A stretch of 64,000 nucleotides of DNA from the human T2T-CHM13v2.0 reference genome, Homo sapiens (GCF_009914755.1 NC_060934.1), one strand, 5' to 3'; positions 13,853 to 28,030 are shown, counted from the stretch's first letter. Translations and numbers: made by a program. Notes: generated by a model from the sequence alone, not told the origin.

Positions 13853-14134
13853 TTAGATCCCTCCTCACGGCCCCTCATCCCCTACCCACCCCAGAAGCCC
13901 GTACACACAGACGCCCACCTCAGCAGAGTGCCAGGGCCCACATATGTTTCTATTCAATGGGGAAGACTAACCAAAGCCAGATGTACCTGGGCAGCCCACA
14001 GGCAGAGGAAGCAATGATGTCATGTTCCGGCCACGCAGGGATTAGCTGCCAGAAAGCCCCCATGGAGGAGTGGGGCCTGGCTGCTAATGGATTCAGCAGG
14101 AGCCCCCCTGTAGGCTTTACACGACCAAAGTGCA

Positions 14135-14570
14135 TGACTGCTGTGTGTGCATGATGGCCGTGCCTGTGACCACTGTGTCCCTGACTGCTGTGTGTGTGAT
14201 CACTGTGTCTGTGACCACCGTGTCCCTGACCACTATGTCCCTGACTGCTGTGTTGGTGACTGCTGTGCCCATGACCACTGTGTCCATGACTGCTATGTCT
14301 GTGACTACTGTGTCCATGACCACTGTGTGTCTGATTGCTGTGTCCATGACCACTCTGTGACCACTATGCCCGTGACCGCTGTGTCCTTGACCACTGTGTC
14401 TGTGACGACTGCTGTGTCCTTGACCACTGTGTCTGTGACCGCCGTGTCTGTGACCGCTGTGCCCATGACTGCTGTGTCTGTGGCCTCTGTGTTTGTGGTC
14501 TCTGTGTCCCTGACCACTGCGTCTATGACACTGTGCCTGTGACTGTGTGTCCAGTGCCACCGTGTGTGTG
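14135..14570. repeat. 15-bp minisatellite, ~29 units, consensus TGACCACTGTGTCYN
   Basis: Units read directly, e.g. tgaccactgtgtccc, tgactgctgtgtcct, tgaccgccgtgtctg; one 11-bp unit (14347) and one 18-bp unit (14403). Confidence 0.95.
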
Positions 14571-15487
14571 GGATTGCTGTGTTCAAGAGCACTGTGTACT
14601 TTTGGGCTCAGTCCCTCTGTAGCTCCTAGGACGGGGCCCTACTGTTGCTGTTGTCAGTCCTGCCACCCAACAAGGCAGTACTCTGTGTATCTTTCCTTGG
14701 CTCCTGGTCATGCCTCCTCTCATCTCCCATTCTTGGCCTCCCTGACCCAGGAGGAGGACAGAGCTCTGTTGACCACTTTCTGCATGATTTAGGCCATCCT
14801 TCTCTACTTTGGAGCCCAGAGAGTATCCGCCCTGTGATTTTCCAAAAGTGTCCCCTGGCGACCATTGGTTTCTGAAGAGGAACTGTAGGTTATGTGTCGG
14901 GGTGAGGAGGGTCCTAGCTGCTGCCCTTGATTCAACCAGGACAGCTTTCTGCTCATCCTTTTTATCCACTGGGTTCCCACAGAGTATTTCATTGGAAGAA
15001 CAGTTTTTGTGGCAGGAAAAAATATTTCCAAAGTAATGATATTGACCAGTATTGCGTTTTTGCAGGAAGGACTGGGGCCTCCTCTCTATGCTGTGGAATC
15101 CCTGGAGATTTGTGGGAGAGCCAGATGGGGTCAGGGCAGAGGAACGGAGGAGACCGCCTGCGAAGGCAGGAGTTTGTTCTCCCTGTTGACTTTGCCTGCC
15201 ATGACCCAGGAGAAAAAGCCCTTTGAAACCATCAGAGAGCAGTCAGGCAGACCCACAAGGCATGCTTCTCAAACTCTGGGTCACTGGTGAGGAAGCAGGA
15301 GGCAGGCAGAGAAGTACAGCCTTGGAGGCGGAATGCATTTTATTTTCTCAGCCAAGATTTAGAGGCTGATGCTGACACCCCGACCAGGCCAGGCACCTTT
15401 GCACGAGAGCTCAGCTCAGCTCTGGACCCTCAGAACTGCCGGGCTCAGTGGTGTGCATTTGGCAATGGGAGCCCGGCAAGGCATGTG

Positions 15488-15753
15488 CAGGGATAACTGC
15501 ACCATCAGGCACAGTGGGCACGGTGCCCACTGCCCAGAATACTTGCAGGTACTCTAAAAAATGTTTTTATTTCTTTTAAAATCAGAAGAAAAAAAAGCTT
15601 TCAGGTTGAAGAAAATCTTTCAATATATCATATTTATGTATTCGTCTTTACAACAATGCAGTTTTAAAATAAGAATTACATATTTATGGGGGAAGGGGTC
15701 CATTAAGGGAAAAATGCCCGCCGAAGTGCTGATGGAGTTATAATGTGTCCCTA
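15488..15753. mobile_element. hAT-Tip100 MITE (ORSL/MER45-like)
   Basis: aggcacagtgggcacggtgccc...tttcttttaaaatcagaagaaaaaaa...ataatgtgtccct. Confidence 0.6.
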
Positions 15754-15779
15754 AGTAAATGACAGTGAATTTCAGACCT

Positions 15780-16419
<640 letters not shown>

Positions 16420-18099
16420 AATCTTCTTGCATAAATTCATGCTCTTTCTTTGCAACTGCCTTTCCCTTCTCATCTCTTTTTTTCCCAGAGAAAGAGAAAG
16501 ACCCTATCTAAAATGCTTTCTGCTTCAGAGAGCATCAGAAGGGAAGCTTGCCCAGGCTCCCTGGTTCTTTCTTTTGGGCTGTGGGTCAAATGCTGTCCAG
16601 TGCTGACCTGGACAAGTTGAGGATACCAGAAGGAATCCAAGGCGCCACTAGTGCTGTGGGTGGACCCTGGTCATCCCCCTGCCTCTGGATATTAGAACTC
16701 AGTTTAGCTACATTTGAGATGTAATTCAAGGGGTCACTGGGGAATGGTTATATGTGATGCCCAAGTGTGTGGCTTCATGGTCCCCCAAAGACCAGGTGCC
16801 AGGGCAACCCTTCCCCACCTGCTCCAGCACTATCCACCCCATCCCAGTACTGTCAATTATATGGGGTCAATGGTGTGGCAGGAGGATGGTTCTTGGTATT
16901 AAAACGGATCCATTTCCTTAGGGTTGAAAACGTAGAGGATCCAAGCAGATCCTAGCCTCCTGAATGCCAGGAATTCTTGATGTTTTATTAGGATTTTGTC
17001 AAGAAAGGGGGAGTGAGAGCTCCTCACTGTTCCTGATTCAATGAAACTGGAGAGCCTGTTCTGCTGCCCTTGAAAATTCAATGTTACTTTCAAGTGTGGA
17101 ATGTCCTGTAATTTTTGTGAAATTGGCTTTTATTTTAAATGAGTCCTACTGAGGGTAATCCAAACATGAAGACGAGAAGGAGGAGAAGGAGAAGGGAGGA
17201 GGAGGAGGGTGAAGAGGAAGAGTTCCAGTGGCATGAGAAAGCAGGGCTGAGTCTGGGAGTTGGATTCCCTCTTGTCCTGCCCTGTGATGTGGTGGCATTA
17301 CCTTCTCTGGAGTCTCCAATCCTAAGACACTAGCCTGAACATGTCTCAGCAATTTTTCCCCCATGGATTTGCCCATATACCTTGATGGATCTTACGATAT
17401 TTGCCATAAAATTCAGGGTCAATGGTCATCACCATTCTAGAGCGAGTACCCATCCAACCTGGAGCAGGATGGGCAGAGCCAGGGCATGGGGCTGAGGCCT
17501 GGTACTCAACCTGGGGAGCAGAGGATGCAGAAGGAAAGGAGCCGATGGGCTCCAGGCAATCTCCTCTCTCCACCTGGTCTCCCACCAGAGGGACAGAGTG
17601 TGGCCTGGGAGGCTGGAGGTCTGGGTTTGGCCCCTCCGAAGAGACCCATTTCATATGTGGCTTTGGGCTAGCCTCTCTGTTCTTAGGCTCCCCATCTCCT
17701 AAATGAGGGAGTTGGACCAGATGAGTTCATCAAAGCCACTGGGTACCAGCCACCAGGTGCCAGCCTCAGGTGCTGAAGATGCACAAAGACACAAAGACAA
17801 GCCCATAGCCCTCCCGGAGCCAGGTAGCCTGCTACAAGCCAGGCTTGTTCACTTGCTCATTTTTCCTGCCTGAAATACATTTATTTTTTTCTCATGATGA
17901 AAGCTACTCATGCTTATTATTTAAAATATATATACAGAAAACATGGCCAAGGAAAACAAAGACAGAAAAATGATCCCCATAAATCTCACCCACTCAGAGA
18001 CAACCATGTTTAGTGCTTGGATTTTATTCCAGACCATTTCCTATGACTAGGGACACTCATACTTAAATATAGGAACAAAACAGGATCATAGTGCTTATT

Positions 18100-18260
18100 T
18101 TTTCTGAGTCCTCACGATCATTCTATGAGTCAGTTAGTAGTAGTATTTTTACTTTATATATGCAGAAACAGAGACTCAAAGAGGCTGAGTAACTTTCTCA
18201 AGGTGACAGGACTGTGACTCAATGCCAAATTCAGCTGACGTCAAGTCGAAAGCTCTTTCT
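18100..18260 (-). mobile_element. MIR SINE
   Basis: gcagaaacagagactcaaagaggctgagtaactttctcaaggtgacag. Confidence 0.65.
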
Positions 18261-18564
18261 CAACACCCTTGTCCATGAGGGAGCCAGGTAGGTAAATGAC
18301 GGATTGTTCCAGCATTAACCAAACCTCACAGAAGCTGGAGACCCATGCACTTGTTTTAGGATAGCTGAGTAAAGGTCACAAGCAAGTCAGCCTTTGAACG
18401 GTGTTCTTGGAAACAAGGGGGGCTTTGTCAGGTGGAGAAGCAGCAAGGAAGGTGCTTCAGGCAGATGGAAGAAACAAACAAGTCAAAAGAGTGAAGGTCA
18501 ATCAAGTTCATGGCTCCCTCAGTACAAGAAAGCAGCCAGGGAAATTGGATATGCATAGACAGGA

Positions 18565-18590
18565 GTGTGTGTGTGTGTGTGTGTGTGTGT
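18565..18590. repeat. (GT)13 microsatellite
   Basis: Perfect GT run seen directly. Confidence 0.97.
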
Positions 18591-19409
18591 CAGGGGAGGC
18601 AAGGGGAGGTGGCAGGAGGTGCGCTTGCTGGAGTTAGGCTGAGGAAGGCCATAAAATATGCTGAGCAGTTCAAGCTCTCTTCTTAAGGTGATGAGAGCTA
18701 TTAAGGGTTCTTGATGGGATATGAATGGATCTTTTAGGGGGACACTCTGGAGGCCCTGTGGAGGGCGGATTGGGGTAAGGGGAGTCAATCATCTGATTCT
18801 TTGATCCTCTTTCCAACCTCAATTAGCATCCCCAGGAAAGGGAGGCAGAAAGAGTGGGGAGTGAGGTCCCATGAGTCTTGGGAAGATGGCTGGATGCCCA
18901 AATACTCCATCTTATAAAAGGCTCACCTCATGGGCTGATGAGGAGGGAAATGAAGCCAGAGGTGTGTGGTGGAACTGTGAATGAGCCCACCCCTTAGAGG
19001 GAGGAAGAGGGGAATGAGGGACTGATTTAATGGTATTGATTCCTGCTGTGTCTTATTTCTGAAACTCTGCTCGGCTGTCTGTGCCAACATCTGTTTGTTC
19101 CATCTCCAGCATGAGGCAGGGCCCCTTTCTTTCCAGGACTGGGTTGGCATTGCTTAAGTTTGCACTTGGGTGTTTTTTTTCTGGGAGGATTGATGTCCTG
19201 CACTCCAATCAGCTGGGTCAGGCATGCACTCCACCTTCTACATAGTCCCATAGACATCAGAAAAGGTTCGGGGTGGAGCAGACATAGGGGCTCACATGGG
19301 TCAGGAACCTGGGCTGCCAAGGGAGCCTCTGCACAAAGGGCCAGAGCTGTGCAGGTGACGGGTGTGTGCAGGTGCGGGACTGGAGTCATGAATAGGTGAC
19401 AGGTGGGGA

Positions 19410-20320
19410 CAAACAGCTGCTGGTGAGTATAGGTTGAGTAGCTGGATGAAAAAATGAATGGGGGAGTGAGGCTAGGTTATACTGTGGCAAAACCAAATGG
19501 CAAAGGGTTAGTTTGTTCTTGTGCTGACTGTCCTTTGGGACTTGGGTGCCAGGTTAGGTCGTCTGAGAAACAGGCTCCCACATGGGAGTAGCTATGGCTT
19601 TATTAGGGGAGATGCCTGTGAAGGATAAAGGGTGGGGGAGCAGGAGAGGCAGGGGGAAGCTTTAGCCACAGTGCAGGTCTGACACCTGGGAAAGGAGAGA
19701 GAAGGAAAGACGGGGAAGGAAGAGCCTGGGATTGCAGCATGGTTCTGCGGAGTCCTGGGCCAGGCTGATGGCAAGTCCCTAAACCAAAGTTGCTCATTAG
19801 CAGAATCCCACATCAAGCAGGACTGAGAGTTCTAATATTCAAGTCATGGATACCAGCCATTTGCATGGAACAGCCAAGGGAAGCCAGTGTGGCCTGGGAG
19901 GAGGACAGAGGGAGATCCACAGGGAATAGCTGGTGGCCGTGGGTCAGCTCTGCCTAGAGGGAGGCTCTTTGGAAGGAGCCTCTGAGAGGGACGCCTCCAT
20001 GGCTGCTGTGGTTGGCTGGGAACTCGGCCGCAGGCACTCCTCATTCGGGAATCCAGGCTTTTTTTAGAGAACCCACTGTCTAGAATTTTGCTGGTCACCA
20101 TGACAGAGGAAAAAGATAACCTGGAGGATCTCACACTGTTAATTAAAGGCTCTAGTCCAGAAGAGATGTGTGTCAACTTTACTGGTGACCATTGGCCAGA
20201 TCTGATCATGTGACCCCAGGATCCAGGAAGTGAGAGTCCAGGAAGGGGTCCAGGAAGTAAAATCAGCCACCGCATAGTAGGAGGAGAGCTGAAAATACTT
20301 GAACAGTGCTAATGCCTACC
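19410..20320. mobile_element. MLT1I/J-like LTR with nested ERVL LTR (LTR40/41-like, ~19545-20010)
   Basis: ggctaggttatactgtgg...cattggccaga..tcatgtgacc flanking an inner LTR with gggagatgcctgtgaagga...gcaggtctgacacct. Confidence 0.5.
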
Positions 20321-20329
20321 ACAGTATAT

Positions 20330-20570
20330 GAAAAGGAAAATGAATGAATGACGGGAAAAAGAGATGGATCAATGGAATGACTGAAAGAATGGAGAAGATA
20401 ATGAAGGAAGAGAGAATCAAGGGGTGAAGGAGTAAATTAAGGGGTAAGTAAGCAAGTGAATAAATGAATGAATAAAGAAGTAATGAAGGATGAGTGTGGC
20501 CTGATGGATGAAGCAGAATGCATAGGATGTGGATGGATGAATAGTGAGAGATGAGAAAGGATGAGCTAAG
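20330..20570 (+). repeat. Degenerate (GAAT/GGAT)n purine-rich simple repeat
   Basis: tgaatgaatga, gaataaatgaatgaataaa, gatggatgaa; strong strand purine bias. Confidence 0.75.
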
Positions 20571-21569
20571 GAGAGAGGCCATTGAGCCTCCTTTGCTTTG
20601 GAAGGGTAACAAGCAAAGCACTCCCCTTCTTCTCCCCACTGCCACCTCCAGCCAGATGCAGCTACAATCCAATAATTGCACCAACCAGCAGTCCCTGAAT
20701 GGTTACTGCAAAGGTGTCTCTCTAGAGGCCACTGGGGCTGCAACACAGGGCCAAGAAGGGACAGCCTTTCCTTCCCTCTGACAGCACGGCCCTGTATTGA
20801 ACAGCTTTGTGAACATATTCTGGGACTACTAACGTCTGTACCTGCCTCTTGCAGAGAGGGCTTGAGGGCTGCCAGCACATTGTGATCCTCTTGGAAGCAG
20901 CAGAGAACCTCCCCCCAACTTAAAGCCCACCTCGCTTTTCCAGTGTGCCCAAATCCACCTGATGAGAACCCTCTTTCGCTTTAAGCTTTGGCTGTTAAGA
21001 AGTCTTCTTTTAAAAGAAGGAATCCTCTAAATAAACCCACTCGCAATTATTGAAGAGCTATTGTACTGGTCACAGTGGAGGCCGCTGGGATGACAGTTAC
21101 AAAAGGACCATGGGCAAGCTCCTTCCCTCTTTAGCCTCAGTTTCCTCATTTATTAAAGTGGAAGGGGTTCTGATAGATCCTGTTTTATACAAGACTGAGC
21201 ACAAGATACTGGGTGATGAATGCAGTTCCTTGGTTTGACGGTTACAGAGGAGCTGAGTTGCACTCCCTTTGTCCTCATAGATGGGAAGTGGTCCTGCCCT
21301 TGAGGTCTCAAGGCTGACCTGTTGGTGAGTGGAACCAGATGATCAGGTCTAGTCTAGATTAAAGGACTAGTGACAATAACTTGGTTTGTGGTTGCTCCCA
21401 ATTCAATTTGCTATTGAACAGCAAACAAGCAGGGCTGCAAGCCAGTGAATATGGGTCTCTGTACATCTTGACTTTCAAAGTGTATCTGAAGTTCAGGACT
21501 CAACCACTCCTGCACAAAGTGGGAGATCCGCCAGGCCAGAAAGAGCTGGGTGCTGCAGACTCAACGCTG

Positions 21570-21830
21570 TTTTCTGTAAACTTTCAGTTGAAGTGTAATA
21601 TACATACAGAAGAGGTCATGAATAGTAAGTGTACAGTTTGATGGAATTTCCCAAAGGGAATACAGTTGTGTGACCAGTACTGTAATCAAGAAACAGAACA
21701 TGTCCAGCATTCCACAGACCTCGGGATGCCTTTGCATCTGGCTTCTCTCAGTATTAAGTTGTGAGACGTCGCCACACTGTTGAGTGTAGCTGTGCTCTTT
21801 CTCCTCATTGTTGTGTAGTATTCCATTGCG
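21570..21830 (-). mobile_element. L1ME/L1MC 3' fragment
   Basis: aagtgtacagtttgatggaattt...atcaagaaacagaacat...tgtgtagtattccattg. Confidence 0.65.
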
Positions 21831-24506
21831 CATCACTGCCTCTTATGCCTTAGACTGCATCAGCATTCAAGGTTCTACCTATCACCTGTGCAGCAATTTC
21901 TTGCTGCCCTGTAGTGACGAGCTTCTGCATTCAAATTTCTGTTGCATTATCAAGCTCACAGTTGGCCTGAGCAGGATCTGTCACTGTCGCAAAAACTATC
22001 AGCAGAAGGAGGCAGCAGCCAGATCCCCGGCCTTGATCTGAAACCAAGTCAGCAACACCCAGTGGAGATAGGGAGTGAAGCAGAGGGTTAGGGGGAGGAT
22101 GTGCTGCCCTCACGCCTGGAACAAGCCCATGTGGGCTCTACCACCACCACAAAGGCGGGTGATTAGGGCTCATTAGAGTAACTGTGATGATGCAGGAGAG
22201 ATATCACCTGGGTGTCAGATTTCTGGCCACCTGGCAAAGAAAGGTGTGTGCAGGAGAGAATAAGCAGGGCCAGGGGCAGACAGGCTCTTACCTGCAGGCA
22301 ATAGATACTATGGCCTTGAGTGTGCAGATGGCAGCAAGGACACTGAGGCAGTCAGATGGTTAGGACTTGTGCATGGATAGGATGGGAAGGTGAAGAGAAG
22401 GAGCAGGAAGGGGAATGGCTGAGGTGCAGCCATCCACAAAACCAGGGGCTCCTGGATGGGGGTCAGAGCAGACTGTGGGCTTCTGAGGACAGGGCCCTCT
22501 CTCCTTCTTCCCTGTAGCCCCCCGTGCCTGGCACAGGGCAAGCCCACAAGTGGCACTAATTAAAGTGTGAGCCATCCCTCTTGGTCAGGATATCCCATGT
22601 CGGGATCTGCAGGTGAGACAGGGACCATATCCCTCCTGCCTCCCCACCTGATCAGGCTTCATCAGGTCTCCAGGGCTCTACCAGCTGTCAGGCAGCTGCA
22701 GGGATTTGGCTGCTGCTCTGCAGGGCCCAGGGAAGGAGGCAGAGTTGAGTCCATTAGCTCGGTGCTGTTCTCCAGGGAGCACGCAGAGGGATTATCTGGC
22801 TGCTTTGCCGCCTCCTGACTTCCCAGGACCACCCCTTTGGGACTCGATCCAAGGAAGTGAGCGATCCCCTCATTAGGCATAAGGAGTCAGTAATCCTGCC
22901 ACTCCTCCTCCGTGAGCCTCCTGTGCACCGAGTCCAGCCTCAGGAGGAAGCAATGGGCTAGGCGGGCCAGGCCTGGCTTCTAGCCTGGGCTCTGCTTTTC
23001 ACTCAGAGTGAGGCCTGGGGCACTCCCCATCCCTTCTGGGCTGTCTTTCCCCATCCGCAAAACGAGTACCCTTTTGTCTGAAAGCCCTTCTAGCTCTGGT
23101 GTCCTCCAATGTGTGACCAGAGGCAGACCCAGCTCCATCTCTGAGTGGGCCTGGGGGACTCACTCCCCCCATCTGTTTACTGTTTCCTCTTCTTCCCTGA
23201 TGCCCAGCATGGTGGATGGGGAGTATAATGACCCTGACTTGTTCTCAGTGGAAAATGATGGCCAGGAGAAATGTGAAGTGTTAGTTACCACCTGCCAAGG
23301 ACAAACTGAAATGACTAGTGGTGGCCCGTTTTGGGAGGGTAGGGGGAAGGGTAGGAGCCAGAGGCATTCCAAGGAGAAGGGAGAGACAGAAAGGGGTATA
23401 ATAAAAACAAGAGCCCCACATATTGAGGGCTTGCTTAATCTATACCAGCACGTTACTAAGAGCTTTATGTTATATGGCATCTCACTTAATTCTTAATATC
23501 AAGGACAAAGCCCCAAAGCCCCAAGCCTCAGGGACTCAGAGGGTGAAGTTAGTTTCCAGTGCAAAATGAGGTAGAAGATGATGGAGAGAATACTCCATGG
23601 TCCCAGAGGGTCTCCAGCAGATTTGTTCTGGATGAGAGTATTTTAGACAGTCATGTTAACATGTCCTGAAACTGCACTAGGTTCAGTGGCTGAGAATGTT
23701 GATCGAAAGCTCAGGTGTGCAAGAAAAATGGAATTTTCTCACTTTTCCTATACAATTCAATTTCTGTTTCTGGTCCCCATTCCACCAAGGTGCTAGACCC
23801 AGGACCCTGTACATGAATGACCTCTCCTTGCTCAGATATGTGAGTTCTGGGAGCTATACAAGTGTAGGGGTGGGTGGGGTGCTGGGTCCTTGTGTGTCCT
23901 GGTTTCCACAGGCATGTCCTTCAGGCACCTGGCCCTCAGGTGTGATCCTGTAGGTGATGCAGGGCACTCCTCACACTTCTGTAAGTCCCCTGATACCTAG
24001 GAGCATTGTCTGCCCCTCCACACCAGGCTTGGCCACCCACACAGTCCTTCTGCTGCCTTAGCTACCCACTGGGGCATGAAATGCTGCGAAGCCGCCTGAG
24101 CTGCCCCTTCTGCCTAGAAATATCCTGCATCTCCTTTTCCAGAACTTTGTCTCCTCTCTAGCTCTTTCCGGGCTGTAGGGGTATGTGCCTTTCCCTTGTT
24201 GATTTCACCAATCTATTTGGGAGTCATGGGGCCTTCCTGGAGAGGGTGTGCAGGGCTCGTCTCTCGGGGACACACTGACAACTCCATTTATATCCCTTCT
24301 TCCAATTCCCTTGCACTGATCATCCTCAGGGAAACCCAGACATGGGAGCTGGGACACTTGCTGTTACTCACTGTGTATCCTCCACATCCTTTATCAGAGA
24401 CCAGCAGTCCCAGTAGGGATGGCTTTCTGGAAAGACATGTCTAGTTTCTCTGCTTCCTGCAGCTCCATCCCTTCCCCCAGGTAGTTAGACAGACCTCCGG
24501 GCTCTT

Positions 24507-24586
24507 TAGGAATATGGGCCTTGGTGAGAAAGGGAGGACCTACCTATAGGAATATGGGCCTTGGTGAGAAAGGGAGGACCTAGCTA
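24507..24586 (+). repeat. 40-bp tandem duplication (1 mismatch)
   Basis: taggaatatgggccttggtgagaaagggaggaccta(c/g)cta at 24507 and 24547. Confidence 0.97.
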
Positions 24587-27284
24587 AAATTCTGTGTGTA
24601 CAAAGACAGAGGCAGAGGCTTCAGGGGAAGAGCCATGCCAGGCCCAGAGATCAAGGAACAGAGCCAAGGTGTCCTCCAGGTCTCCATCCCAGGGTTGTGG
24701 GACACCCCCAGCAGGGCAGCCTGCCAGGCCAGCCCTCCTAGTGAAGGCTCAGACATCCTCCCACCACAGCTCTGATCTATCCATTCCAGCAGGCTCCACA
24801 AACAGAAGGAGCTCCCTAGAAAGCCACCAAGACCCCTGCCATGGAGCCCTCCAATCAGCCTTGCTCCTGCCAAATCTGTTACTAATTTAAGCAAGACTCT
24901 AGGGGGAATATGGAAGACCCAAATGTATGCGCTGTGGGTCACCAAAAGGAATTCTGCCATGAGACAGGATTCGGAACCACAGTGTTTTGGCTTCCTCTTG
25001 TGCCAGGCTTAGGGGAGAAGTAGTTTGTCCATATCACCCACTGAAATAAGAAAGTAGGACCTCCTCTGTCTGCCCCCAAAGCCCACAAGATTCCCAATAT
25101 ACCTCATTGTCTGGGAGGCTTTGTGTGGCTACTAAAGTCTGTCTTCCCCCTGGAGAAGTTCACTGCATCCCTCCCATTTTGGAGAAGGGAAGAGACACGC
25201 AGTGGGTTAATGGGGAGTGTGTTTAAATCACAGAGGGTGAGCTCGTGTCTTCTTTGTATGTCAGCACACAATCTGCCATCTCCCCAAGTCTGTTCTGCAT
25301 GAGTGAGTGAGAGTGACCCCAGTCACTGCTGTCATCAGCAACATACAGGTCATGGTGCCAAGGAAAAGGCCAATCAGACCAGATGTAAGACCTGGATCCA
25401 CCCCTACCTGCACCCCAAGGACCGGCCAGGGGAGGGTGGATGTGCTGCACACCAGAGCCTCATGGAGCTTTTCAAAAGTGGGTCCCTGAGACACCACCCA
25501 CCACGCCTGGGGACGATTAATAGATGTTATGGGAACAAAGGATTCTGTGGTCAGAGAGCCTGGGAAATGCTGAGTCAAAGGAGGTCGAGCATGTTTCATT
25601 ATTGTAGGAATCTTTAGCTGTAAATATGCTGTATCTTGTTTACTCTCCCAGAAGGCTGTAGAATCCAGGATCCTCTAACTTAATTTGGTCGTAACTGGCC
25701 CTTTCTCTGAAGTATGGCGAGCATCACTTGGCTTCCTCAACACCCTTCTGGGAAGCAAGGCTCTGATGCTCATTAGAAAATAATCCCTGGGAAGGATGAA
25801 CAGACAAATAATGCTGGGTCTGTGGGGGTCCAGGGAGGCAGCTTATGGCAAGGGCGTGTGTGTCCTGGGCTTTAAGAAAGGATGAGGCTTTGGAGGTAGG
25901 GACCTGGGGGGAGAAGGATCTTGCAGAAAAGCCAGTGCCGGCATTGGAGGCATTTGAGGGTAGTGGGTGTGAACAGCACATGGTGTGCAATTTGGCTGTG
26001 TACTTAAGAGGGAGAACAGGTGCATCAGGTTGGAAAACGAGGCTAGATTTGTTCTTATAGGTTAGGGTGTTATCACAGCAGAATGCATGGTCTCTGCAAA
26101 GGGTCCCCTATTTACAGACACCTCATCACTGACTTCCCGTGGCCCACTGACTTCAGAAATGAGGATGGAAGCCTGGCAGAGAAAGAACCTCTTTGCAAAA
26201 CATCAGGCTCTGGGCCTCTTCTTTGTAGTGGGCAGTTTCCTTCTGACCTCTCCTTTCTGACAGGAGAGTGGCACCTTTCTATTCTCTTCACCATCGTAAG
26301 AGCCCAGAGAGCCTCTGCTTTGTTCAAAAGCCAGAAGAGAAGAAAAGGAATGGTATATCTTCCAGATCCTGGAAAACCTAGATGCGTGTAGCCAGGAAAG
26401 CAAAACTGTTCATTAAAACCAACCTGGGATCTTGCCAAGTGGGAGAAAGAGACTTGGGGCCAGGAGCCTCGGCAATGGGAAGGAGCGGAGTGGTAGTGGG
26501 TTATTTATACTCCACTTCTGGCACTGTCTGCCTGTGTTCTTTCAGCTAGAGGAAATGCTCCCATCCCTCAGACAGACATCTGATCATTATAATTTCGTGT
26601 TTGAAGACAGTTTTAGGCTCCTGCAGACACACATAAAATCTGCATCCGCCGCCCAGGATGGGGGACATAAAAGTTCTTTAAGAGGGTGGTAGACCTTCGC
26701 GGGATAGAATCCAGGCTGTCTCCAGCTGGGCACTGGGGCAGGCTTCTGCAGCTCTGCTCACACACCACCTGTCCACTCTCACCTTCTCCCTCTGCCCACT
26801 CGGCAGAATCTACCCATCCTTGGAGGCCCACCCAGACGCCTCTCTTGCAGGGGCCCTCGCTGAGTCTTCTCTCCCTGACTGTCTTGGTACTTTCTCTCCC
26901 CCCAGAGTTGATTTAGTTCACTTGATGTTATGCTACGCTGCCTCAGTCCCTAGCTGCCTCTTGTATACATAACCATATATTGAATGGGCTGAACTCGACG
27001 GGGCACGAACAGGAAATGGCTTTATTTCTCTCCCTTGGATGCTTTCAAACATGCCTGGCTAGATCTTCCCCACCCTCCTGATGGCATTGCAGGCATGTAC
27101 CAGAGCCTCCCTGTCACATGCAGGGATAGAAAGTATTTTCCTCTCAGATATTAAACAGGTCCTATCCGGCCCACGCACAGCCTCCACGGACATCCAGTTC
27201 AAAGTTTCTCTCTCCCGGCAGCTTGGTGGGCAGAGGCCTGCGGTGGCCCAGGGATGGGTTGTGGTCAGTTCTTTCTTACTCTTC

Positions 27285-28030
<746 letters not shown>

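Noticed and set aside
14135-14570. Regularly spaced repeats resembling a CRISPR array, or in-frame TGA selenoprotein repeats
   Set aside because: Units are contiguous with no unique spacers, the DNA is primate, and there is no cas gene or visible SECIS; it is a minisatellite
15066-15286. Possible internal exon (ttttgcag acceptor, CTG/GTGAGG donor)
   Set aside because: Weak polypyrimidine tract, no coherent partner exons or coding signal; such site pairs are common by chance
17146-17333. Arg/Glu-run ORF (RRRRRRREEEE)
   Set aside because: Produced by a short GA-rich low-complexity tract
17578-17598. CTCF-like motif ccaccagagggac
   Set aside because: Mismatch at a core position (expected GGC); cannot be supported without ChIP data
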